A stretch of 64,000 bases of DNA from Escherichia coli (GTDB lineage: Bacteria; Pseudomonadota; Gammaproteobacteria; Enterobacterales; Enterobacteriaceae), in the NCBI RefSeq assembly GCF_050920415.1, contig NZ_CP169309.1; one strand, written 5' to 3'. Below, in pieces: positions 53,921-64,000 of this stretch. The first letter of the stretch is position 1, and the number at the start of each line of letters is the position of its first letter. Under the pieces are notes generated by a model that made no database searches, was not told the DNA's origin, and saw only the letters and a program-made list of their open reading frames with translations. Both the position numbers and the translations under genes were made by a program.

Positions 53921-54586
53921 ATGAAAACGGGACCGTTAAACGAAAGTGAGTTGGAATGGCTGGACGATATTCTGACCAAATACAACACTGACCACGCCAT
54001 TCTTGATGTGGCGGAGCTGGACGGTTTATTGACGGCGGTGTTGAGTTCTCCGCAAGAGATTGAACCGGCACAGTGGCTGGTTGCCGTATGGGGTGGGGCT
54101 GACTATGTGCCACGCTGGGCGTCAGAGAAAGAGATGACGCGCTTTATGAACCTGGCTTTTCAGCATATGGCCGATACCGCAGAGCGTCTGAACGAATTCC
54201 CGGAGCAGTTTGAGCCGTTATTCGGCTTGCGAGAAGTCGATGGCAGCGAGCTGACGATTGTTGAGGAGTGGTGCTTTGGCTATATGCGGGGCGTGGCACT
54301 TTCTGACTGGTCAACGTTGCCCGATTCGTTAAAACCGGCGCTGGAGGCGATTGCGCTGCACGGTACTGAGGAAAACTTCGAGCGGGTAGAGAAGATGTCG
54401 CCAGAAGCGTTTGAAGAGAGCGTAGATGCCATTCGACTGGCGGCGCTTGATTTACATGCATACTGGATGGCGCATCCGCAGGAAAAAGCTGTTCAGCAAC
54501 CGATCAAAGCAGAAGAGAAACCGGGTCGTAACGATCCTTGTCCGTGCGGCAGTGGTAAGAAATTTAAGCAGTGCTGCCTGCATTAA
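53921..54586 (+). CDS. yecA: SEC-C motif protein YecA
   Basis: 221 aa from [21 protein letters not shown].. to a C-terminal ..[18 protein letters not shown]. Confidence 0.92.
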   Translation: MKTGPLNESELEWLDDILTKYNTDHAILDVAELDGLLTAVLSSPQEIEPAQWLVAVWGGADYVPRWASEKEMTRFMNLAFQHMADTAERLNEFPEQFEPLFGLREVDGSELTIVEEWCFGYMRGVALSDWSTLPDSLKPALEAIALHGTEENFERVEKMSPEAFEESVDAIRLAALDLHAYWMAHPQEKAVQQPIKAEEKPGRNDPCPCGSGKKFKQCCLH

Positions 54587-54635
54587 GAGGTCAAATTGGG
54601 TGTCAGCGTTAATTCTGGCACCCAATAAGATCTAA

Positions 54636-55847
54636 TCATCCCACTTCTGGTAACAAGCCTGCCGCAATCAAAAATTGCACGCCAATCACAGCAATACCAC
54701 AGAGAAACACCACCACCAGCGCTGGACGACCACCTTTCACCCGGTAACCCGCCTGAGGATTGTGCTTTCTGCTTTGCCAGGTCAACAGCGAAGGGATAAT
54801 CAATGCCAGTACCGCCAGCGCCACACCGGCGTAACCCAGCGCCATTACAAATCCTCGTGGATAAAACAGTGCAAACGCTAACGGCGGCAGAAAGGTAATT
54901 GCACCAGTTTGCAATCGTCCACCAACGGTATTTGAACGCTGAAACAAATCTGCCAGATAATCAAATAAACCTAACGCAACGCCGAGGAATGACGTGGCGA
55001 GGGCTAAATCAGCAAATAAATGCACCGCCAGCTCAACATGCGGAGAGGCCACCATTTCGCGTAACGCCTGTAACAGCCCGTTTAATCCGGCATGATTAGC
55101 CAGCAATCCCATAAAGGTTGTTGAATCAATGCTGCCAAGCGTCGCCAGCTGCCAGAAAATATATGCCACCAGGGGGATCGCACTACCGGTTATAAACACC
55201 CAGCGTAGCTTACGAATATTGCCATCCATATAACTGACAATGCTCGGCACGCTACCGTGAAAACCAAACGACGTAAAAATCACTGGGATTGCAGACAGTG
55301 CCAGCCCCTGTTGCAACGGCAGGGTTAAAAGATTCACCTTATGAATATGCGGAAGTAGCAGTACCAGCATCACCACCAGAAAAATAATTTTGGCGCTGAA
55401 CAGAAAACGGTTAAATAAATCGACCAGCGAAGTTCCGACACAAACCACGCCACCGGCAACAAAAGTGAACAACAGCACGCCAGCGGTTGCCGACATTGAA
55501 ATACCTGTCCAGTCGCTGATGCTGGAAGCCAACAATTCACCAGCACCACTGATGTATGCCGCAGTCAGAGCATACATTAAGAACATCATACTGAAGCCCG
55601 TCAGCCACTGACCGTAGCGTCCCAGATAGCGTTTTGCCAGCGTGCCCAGACCGGTATCTGCCGGGACATGCTGGTACACCTCCAGTAGTAATAGCGCCGT
55701 GTAGCACATCAACGCCCAAAGCCCAATCAACAAGATTAACGTGACGCTAAAACCAACACCTGCCGCAGCCAGCGGCATTGCCAGCATGCCTGCGCCAATT
55801 GTGGTTCCCGCCACGATAAAAACACTTCCCAGAGTTCTGTTTTTCAC
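54636..55847 (-). CDS. tyrP: tyrosine-specific transporter
   Basis: 403 aa, [30 protein letters not shown].. Confidence 0.93.
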   Translation of the reverse strand: MKNRTLGSVFIVAGTTIGAGMLAMPLAAAGVGFSVTLILLIGLWALMCYTALLLLEVYQHVPADTGLGTLAKRYLGRYGQWLTGFSMMFLMYALTAAYISGAGELLASSISDWTGISMSATAGVLLFTFVAGGVVCVGTSLVDLFNRFLFSAKIIFLVVMLVLLLPHIHKVNLLTLPLQQGLALSAIPVIFTSFGFHGSVPSIVSYMDGNIRKLRWVFITGSAIPLVAYIFWQLATLGSIDSTTFMGLLANHAGLNGLLQALREMVASPHVELAVHLFADLALATSFLGVALGLFDYLADLFQRSNTVGGRLQTGAITFLPPLAFALFYPRGFVMALGYAGVALAVLALIIPSLLTWQSRKHNPQAGYRVKGGRPALVVVFLCGIAVIGVQFLIAAGLLPEVG

Positions 55848-56036
55848 GCTTTCTTCTGTCCTGACGATCTTTATGAGTGATATCTGCGGCGCAGGTTAAG
55901 GCATAACGGCGGATTCGTCAAACCGGCGTTACATATGGTGTAAATATAAATGTACAATAAAATGCGTTCAGTCCTGCGCTGGCGCAAAGTCTTGGTAAGC
56001 GGCAATCGCTACGCTAGCCTTTTTTGAGGAGGAACG

Positions 56037-56276
56037 ATGGACTCTATTCACGGTCATGAAGTGTTAAATATGATGATTGAATCAGGCGAGCAATATACGC
56101 ATGCCAGTCTGGAAGCAGCGATTAAAGCGCGTTTTGGTGAACAGGCACATTTTCACACCTGCTCGGCAGAAGGGATGACAGCGGGAGAGCTGGTAGCGTT
56201 TCTGGCAGCAAAAGGCAAATTTATACCTTCGGAAGACGGTTTTTCAACCGATCAGAGTAAGATTTGCCGTCACTGA
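56037..56276 (+). CDS. yecH: DUF2492 protein YecH
   Basis: 79 aa in the K-12 position. Confidence 0.85.
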   Translation: MDSIHGHEVLNMMIESGEQYTHASLEAAIKARFGEQAHFHTCSAEGMTAGELVAFLAAKGKFIPSEDGFSTDQSKICRH

Positions 56277-56313
56277 TTTGAAACGGCGGCAGTAAACCTG
56301 CCGCCGGAGAACA

Positions 56314-56811
56314 TTAGTTTTGTGTGTCGAGGGTGGAGAGTTCTTTGTCGATAAAATACAAACCTTCGCCGCTTTTGCCTGCCAGGCTTAATTTATCAAT
56401 AATCGATTTGAACAGCTTCTCTTCTTCATGCTGCTCAGAAACATACCATTGCAGGAAATTAAATGTTGGGTAGTCCTGATTGGTCATTGCAGCATGAGCC
56501 AGTTCGTTAATTTTCTGCGTGATTAATTGTTCGTGTTTATAGGTTTCCTGGAATAATTCATCAAGTGAAGAATATTCAGCAAACGGAGATTCAACGGTAT
56601 TAATACGCGGTAAGTTGCCGGTATCAGTCAGATAATCAAACAGACGCTGCATATGCGTCATCTCTTCCTGGGCGTGACGGCGCAGGAACGCGGCAGCACC
56701 TTCGAAGGTATGATAGCTGCACCAGGCGCTCATTTGCTGATAAAGCAGTGAAGAGTACAGTTCCAGGTTCATCTGCTCATTAAGTTTTTCAATCATTTCT
56801 GGTTTCAGCAT
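56314..56811 (-). CDS. ftnA: ferritin
   Basis: 165 aa from [21 protein letters not shown]. Confidence 0.93.
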
Positions 56812-56982
56812 GATAGTGCTCCACAAAGGTTATATTTGTTGCAGTGGCGTCACTATAATTTGTTATTTTATTATTTGCAAAAGGTAAAATATAAACTTCA
56901 TTTATTAAAAATACGAATGGGAATAAAACGCATTACTGATATTTATTTAATCAGCGAAGATCCCCCTCGCTGATTAAAACAT

Positions 56983-57306
56983 TTAGAGAAAGACAGGGAA
57001 GGCGGAATGATGGCACTGATATGACAAAGTGAATTCCGTATTCAAACATAAGGAACCCGCAAAGAGGCTACAGTTGCCTACTGGCTGACCAAAGGGGATA
57101 GCGTGGGTATAGCCTTCCTGCTGGCATGCGCGATCGGCGATCCCGCGACTGATATAACGATCGGTACGGGCATGCTGCAAAAAAGCCTGATCATAAACCA
57201 ACCGAACAATACCTGTTGCCGCGTCAACTTCGCCCACATGAGCCTGGCGAGTAACTGTGCACCCCGCCAGCGTTATTAATGAAAGAGTCAGAATCAGAAG
57301 TCTCAT
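56983..57306 (-). CDS. yecR: lipoprotein YecR
   Basis: 107 aa with lipobox LITLAGC. Confidence 0.85.
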   Translation of the reverse strand: MRLLILTLSLITLAGCTVTRQAHVGEVDAATGIVRLVYDQAFLQHARTDRYISRGIADRACQQEGYTHAIPFGQPVGNCSLFAGSLCLNTEFTLSYQCHHSAFPVFL

Positions 57307-57568
57307 GGTCCAGCCAGAAGAGTAAAAGAAAGCAGTATTTTACGCGTTACAGCGCTGCGACAATGGCCGGAAAAGACGCCTGGCAGGCGCTATTTCTCGC
57401 CATCTGTATGTGTCAGAAATGGGGGGGCTGCTTTTTGATTATCATTTTTATAACATTAAAGGGGTATTTATGTGATTTGCATCACATAAAGATTGATTTT
57501 TGTGATGATTGTCATATTATAAGTGCAAAGACAATAACACCTGCATAACAAATAGTCGGAGTGCCGCG

Positions 57569-57655
57569 ATGAAACTGCGCAAGATCCTGAAAAGTATGTT
57601 CAATAACTATTGCAAGACGTTCAAAGACGTACCGCCAGGGAATATGTTCCGATAA
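57569..57655 (+). CDS. azuC: 28-aa small protein AzuC (within the dual-function AzuCR/IsrB RNA)
   Basis: Hand translation gives MKLRKILKSMFNNYCKTFKDVPPGNMFR*, followed by a terminator. Confidence 0.85.
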   Translation: MKLRKILKSMFNNYCKTFKDVPPGNMFR

Positions 57656-57656
57656 C

Positions 57657-57683
57657 AAAAAACCTGCTCCGGCAGGTTTTTTT
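57657..57683 (+). terminator. rho-independent terminator after azuC
   Basis: AACCTGC-TCCG-GCAGGTT plus a T-run. Confidence 0.85.
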
Positions 57684-57769
57684 GTGTCCTGATGACGGTG
57701 GTTGTGACTATCGCTGAAGAAGTGAAGCCGCTACTATAACGGCTTTCAAAATGCTATCAGGAGTTTACG

Positions 57770-58021
57770 ATGTCCCAGCCGCTGAATGCCGATCAGGAAC
57801 TGGTTTCTGACGTGGTTGCTTGCCAGTTGGTTATCAAACAAATTCTGGATGTTCTCGATGTGATCGCACCCGTTGAAGTTCGCGAAAAAATGTCCAGCCA
57901 GCTGAAGAATATCGACTTTACTCACCATCCCGCCGCCGCAGACCCGGTCACCATGCGGGCAATCCAAAAAGCTATCGCGCTGATTGACCTCAAGTTTACC
58001 CCACAAGGCGAATCCCATTAA
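57770..58021 (+). CDS. yecJ: DUF2766 protein YecJ
   Basis: 83 aa in the K-12 position. Confidence 0.85.
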   Translation: MSQPLNADQELVSDVVACQLVIKQILDVLDVIAPVEVREKMSSQLKNIDFTHHPAAADPVTMRAIQKAIALIDLKFTPQGESH

Positions 58022-58098
58022 AAAACCGCTGCTTCAAAAAGATGAGGCAGCGGTTTCTCAAAAACTTCATCGGCGCAATGCATTAGCGCCGATGATGA

Positions 58099-58602
58099 TC
58101 AATGCAGCTGATGCGACACGACATTCAGAACATGTTGGTCGGTCTGCACAGGGCACATACCAGCAAGTTTCGCACTGCGCACTTCATCAAGAATGGTTTG
58201 CAGCAACAGGCCATCATGCTGCTGCTCTTTTTCCAGATCGCGCAGGAAATTGACGGTTGAATCATCATTCAGTTCTTTAGCTTCATCGGCTAACTGTGCC
58301 AGCGTGCTTGAACGTTGCTCGTATTCTTCCATCGTTTTTTGGAAAAGTTCTTCCAGTGAGTTCAGTTTTTCACCGGGAACATCAATGGCTTTAACGATGG
58401 GAGTAGCGCCGACACTCTTCATAAAGTTAAACATGCGCATCATTTGGGTCACGTTACTCTGTGCCTGGGCGCGAAGGAAAGTGGCGGTGCCGTTCAGACT
58501 CTGTTCAGAACACCAGTTACTCAGGTGAAGGTAGAGATTGGATGCGTAAAACTCGCGGTTCATTTGAGAGTTGAGTTTGAGAAGCATTCCAGCGGTTGCC
58601 AT
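58099..58602 (-). CDS. ftnB: ferritin-like protein
   Basis: 167 aa, [28 protein letters not shown].. Confidence 0.9.
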   Translation of the reverse strand: MATAGMLLKLNSQMNREFYASNLYLHLSNWCSEQSLNGTATFLRAQAQSNVTQMMRMFNFMKSVGATPIVKAIDVPGEKLNSLEELFQKTMEEYEQRSSTLAQLADEAKELNDDSTVNFLRDLEKEQQHDGLLLQTILDEVRSAKLAGMCPVQTDQHVLNVVSHQLH

Positions 58603-59398
58603 ACCTAATATCCTTATATCCAGAAGTGGAGAGGTGCAAGATAAATCAAAACACCATAATTACTGTTTGCAGAATAATTCCTTTCTGCCGGTCCGAAATG
58701 TGATCGTGGAGTCAATTCTGACGATGATCTGAAATAAGAATAACGTCTGAACGGGTATAAGAAAATGCTTAAATCATCAAGTTTATATATTTTTACATTT
58801 CATTGATGAAATCAATGTAACTGCAATGAATTTTAATGATGATGCTTTTTGTATCTTGTTGATATTAATAGGGGGATTTGAATTCATGATGAAGCAATGA
58901 TTTTTTAAAACGTTTTTTCATTTTTGCGATAAGGCTCTCAGTATACGTGTTCTGTTAATTAATGAGCACGGTGATAATTAATGGCGAAATGAATGACGCT
59001 CATTTTCCACATCTTTGAATTGCGGTTATTACACCATTTCAAAAGCTCAACGCCAGGTAATGTGGCCAATTGACTGGTTAAAAAGAAGACGTTCCGTATG
59101 AGTACAAAACACAACAAGGATTTCCAGGCTAATCTTATGGATTAATCTGCTGTGTACTCGATGATTTGTCTGACAAATAAGCCTTTCTCTATGTCTTTTC
59201 CCGCTAAATTTATGCACGTTCTCACTGTAATTCTGCGATGTGATATTGCTCTCCTATGGAGAATTAATTTCTCGCTAAAACTATGTCAACACAGTTACTT
59301 ATCTTTTAGTTAAAAGGTAATGCTTTGTTTTCCGATTAAATTAACGAGAGTTATTCGTTTTTGCCCTACACAAAACGACACTAAAGCTGGAGAGAACC

Positions 59399-60388
59399 AT
59401 GCACAAATTTACTAAAGCCCTGGCAGCCATTGGTCTGGCAGCCGTTATGTCACAATCCGCTATGGCGGAGAACCTGAAGCTCGGTTTCCTGGTGAAGCAA
59501 CCGGAAGAGCCGTGGTTCCAGACCGAATGGAAGTTTGCCGATAAAGCCGGGAAGGATTTAGGGTTTGAAGTTATTAAGATTGCCGTGCCGGATGGCGAAA
59601 AAACATTGAACGCGATCGACAGCCTGGCTGCCAGTGGCGCGAAAGGTTTCGTTATTTGTACTCCGGACCCGAAACTCGGCTCTGCCATCGTGGCGAAAGC
59701 GCGTGGCTACGATATGAAAGTCATTGCCGTGGATGACCAGTTTGTTAACGCCAAAGGCAAGCCAATGGATACCGTTCCGCTGGTGATGATGGCAGCGACC
59801 AAAATTGGCGAACGTCAGGGCCAGGAACTGTATAAAGAGATGCAGAAACGTGGCTGGGATGTCAAAGAAAGCGCGGTGATGGCGATTACCGCCAACGAAC
59901 TGGATACGGCTCGTCGCCGTACTACGGGTTCTATGGATGCGCTGAAAGCTGCAGGATTCCCGGAAAAACAAATTTATCAGGTACCTACCAAATCTAACGA
60001 CATCCCGGGGGCATTTGACGCTGCCAACTCAATGCTGGTTCAACATCCGGAAGTTAAACATTGGCTGATCGTCGGTATGAACGACAGCACCGTGCTGGGC
60101 GGCGTACGCGCGACGGAAGGTCAGGGCTTTAAAGCGGCCGATATTATCGGTATCGGTATTAACGGTGTGGATGCGGTGAGCGAACTGTCTAAGGCACAGG
60201 CAACCGGCTTCTACGGATCACTGCTGCCAAGCCCGGATGTACATGGTTATAAGTCCAGCGAAATGCTTTACAACTGGGTCGCAAAAGGTGTCGAACCGAC
60301 CAAATTCACCGAAGTTACCGACGTGGTGCTGATCACGCGTGACAACTTTAAAGAAGAACTGGAGAAAAAAGGTTTAGGCGGTAAGTAA
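59399..60388 (+). CDS. araF: periplasmic L-arabinose-binding protein
   Basis: 329 aa, MHKFTKALAAIGLAAVMSQSAMAENLKLGFLVKQPEEPWF.. Confidence 0.95.
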   Translation: MHKFTKALAAIGLAAVMSQSAMAENLKLGFLVKQPEEPWFQTEWKFADKAGKDLGFEVIKIAVPDGEKTLNAIDSLAASGAKGFVICTPDPKLGSAIVAKARGYDMKVIAVDDQFVNAKGKPMDTVPLVMMAATKIGERQGQELYKEMQKRGWDVKESAVMAITANELDTARRRTTGSMDALKAAGFPEKQIYQVPTKSNDIPGAFDAANSMLVQHPEVKHWLIVGMNDSTVLGGVRATEGQGFKAADIIGIGINGVDAVSELSKAQATGFYGSLLPSPDVHGYKSSEMLYNWVAKGVEPTKFTEVTDVVLITRDNFKEELEKKGLGGK

Positions 60389-60457
60389 TCTGCCGAAAAA
60401 ATTCCCCTCTGCATGATGCAGAGGGGGTGTGAACGACCAGTGATTCACGGAGACGTT

Positions 60458-61972
60458 ATGCAACAGTCTACCCCGTATCTCTCATTTCGCGGCATCGGTA
60501 AAACGTTTCCCGGCGTTAAGGCGCTGACGGATATTAGTTTTGACTGCTATGCCGGTCAGGTTCATGCGTTGATGGGTGAAAATGGCGCAGGAAAATCAAC
60601 TCTCTTAAAAATCCTCAGCGGCAACTATGCGCCAACCACGGGTTCTGTAGTGATTAATGGGCAGGAAATGTCCTTTTCCGACACAACCGCAGCACTTAAC
60701 GCGGGTGTGGCGATTATTTATCAGGAACTGCATCTCGTGCCGGAAATGACCGTCGCGGAAAACATCTATCTCGGCCAGCTTCCTCATAAAGGCGGCATTG
60801 TGAATCGCTCATTGCTGAATTATGAGGCGGGTTTACAACTTAAGCATCTTGGTATGGATATTGACCCGGACACGCCGCTGAAATATCTCTCCATTGGTCA
60901 GTGGCAGATGGTTGAAATTGCCAAAGCGCTGGCGCGTAACGCCAAAATTATCGCCTTTGATGAGCCAACCAGCTCCCTCTCTGCCCGTGAAATCGACAAT
61001 CTTTTCCGCGTTATTCGTGAACTGCGAAAAGAGGGGCGGGTGATCTTATACGTTTCTCACCGTATGGAAGAAATATTTGCCCTCAGCGATGCCATCACCG
61101 TCTTTAAAGATGGGCGTTATGTCAAAACCTTTACTGATATGCAGCAGGTTGACCACGACGCCCTGGTGCAGGCGATGGTCGGGCGCGACATCGGAGATAT
61201 CTACGGTTGGCAACCGCGTAGTTATGGCGAGGAGCGGCTGCGTCTTGATGCTGTGAAAGCACCAGGCGTGCGTACGCCAATAAGTCTGGCGGTTCGCAGT
61301 GGAGAAATTGTCGGTCTGTTTGGTCTGGTCGGGGCAGGGCGTAGCGAATTAATGAAAGGCATGTTTGGCGGTACGCAAATCACCGCCGGTCAGGTTTATA
61401 TCGACCAACGGCCGATTGATATTCGTAAACCGAGCCACGCTATTGCCGCAGGCATGATGCTCTGCCCGGAAGATCGCAAAGCGGAAGGCATTATTCCTGT
61501 GCACTCCGTTCGCGACAATATCAACATCAGTGCCAGACGCAAACATGTGCTCGGCGGTTGTGTAATCAACAACGGTTGGGAAGAAAACAATGCCGATCAC
61601 CACATTCGTTCGCTCAACATCAAAACGCCGGGCGCAGAGCAACTGATCATGAATCTTTCAGGCGGAAATCAGCAAAAAGCCATTCTGGGCCGCTGGTTAT
61701 CGGAAGAGATGAAGGTCATTTTGCTGGATGAACCTACGCGCGGCATTGATGTTGGTGCTAAGCATGAAATTTACAACGTGATTTATGCGCTGGCAGCGCA
61801 GGGCGTGGCGGTGCTGTTTGCCTCCAGCGACTTACCTGAAGTCCTCGGCGTTGCCGACCGGATTGTGGTGATGCGCGAAGGCGAAATCGCCGGTGAATTG
61901 TTACACGAGCAGGCAGATGAGCGTCAGGCATTAAGCCTTGCAATGCCTAAAGTCAGCCAGGCAGTTGCCTGA
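60458..61972 (+). CDS. araG: arabinose ABC transporter ATPase
   Basis: 504 aa from [17 protein letters not shown]; two ABC domains. Confidence 0.93.
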   Translation: MQQSTPYLSFRGIGKTFPGVKALTDISFDCYAGQVHALMGENGAGKSTLLKILSGNYAPTTGSVVINGQEMSFSDTTAALNAGVAIIYQELHLVPEMTVAENIYLGQLPHKGGIVNRSLLNYEAGLQLKHLGMDIDPDTPLKYLSIGQWQMVEIAKALARNAKIIAFDEPTSSLSAREIDNLFRVIRELRKEGRVILYVSHRMEEIFALSDAITVFKDGRYVKTFTDMQQVDHDALVQAMVGRDIGDIYGWQPRSYGEERLRLDAVKAPGVRTPISLAVRSGEIVGLFGLVGAGRSELMKGMFGGTQITAGQVYIDQRPIDIRKPSHAIAAGMMLCPEDRKAEGIIPVHSVRDNINISARRKHVLGGCVINNGWEENNADHHIRSLNIKTPGAEQLIMNLSGGNQQKAILGRWLSEEMKVILLDEPTRGIDVGAKHEIYNVIYALAAQGVAVLFASSDLPEVLGVADRIVVMREGEIAGELLHEQADERQALSLAMPKVSQAVA

Positions 61973-61983
61973 GTAAGGAGAGT

Positions 61984-64000
<2,017 letters not shown>

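Noticed and set aside
58603-59398. About 800-bp AT-rich gap between ftnB and araF with no ORF, considered as a possible hidden element
   Set aside because: A gap of the same size exists in K-12 as the araF regulatory and intergenic region. No repeats or coding signal were noticed.

Overview
Escherichia coli chromosomal window, reverse-complemented relative to the K-12 map. Gene identities come from my recollection of K-12 proteins plus synteny; no searches were run. Order of the backbone: 3' end of a group II intron | yedK yedF yedE yedD amyA | fliT fliS fliD / fliC fliA fliZ | tcyJ dcyD tcyL tcyN | sdiA yecF uvrY uvrC pgsA | glyW cysT leuZ | about 34.9 kb prophage | yecA tyrP yecH ftnA yecR azuC yecJ ftnB | araF araG araH | otsB otsA(start). 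The backbone looks ordinary. The accessory content is (a) the group II intron ending 5 nt from the yedK stop and (b) a P2/186-like prophage in the 3' half of leuZ, bounded by a perfect 125-bp direct repeat (18731-18855 = 53671-53795). The prophage has a near-complete P2-type late gene set. It also has several features that are not P2-like. (1) The FI-FII-E/E'-T-U tail-core block is flipped relative to H/G and D/ogr. (2) It carries a Gin-type invertase with a 1.84-kb invertible tail-fibre cassette. (3) A complete R1-like parM-parR cassette lies just downstream of replication gene A. (4) One small protein has a C-terminal half that is a near copy of the ClpX N-terminal zinc-binding domain. (5) An 80-codon Hok-family ORF, absent from the supplied ORF track, sits next to a degenerate second copy of its leader. 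(6) The lysogeny operon runs repressor, membrane-anchored ORF, YebY-like periplasmic protein, integrase, and the first two proteins share a 16-aa motif. No CRISPR array, rRNA gene or recognisable named defence system was seen. The candidates most worth follow-up are the parMR/ClpX-ZBD accessory operon, the tail-core inversion and the repressor-linked membrane protein.
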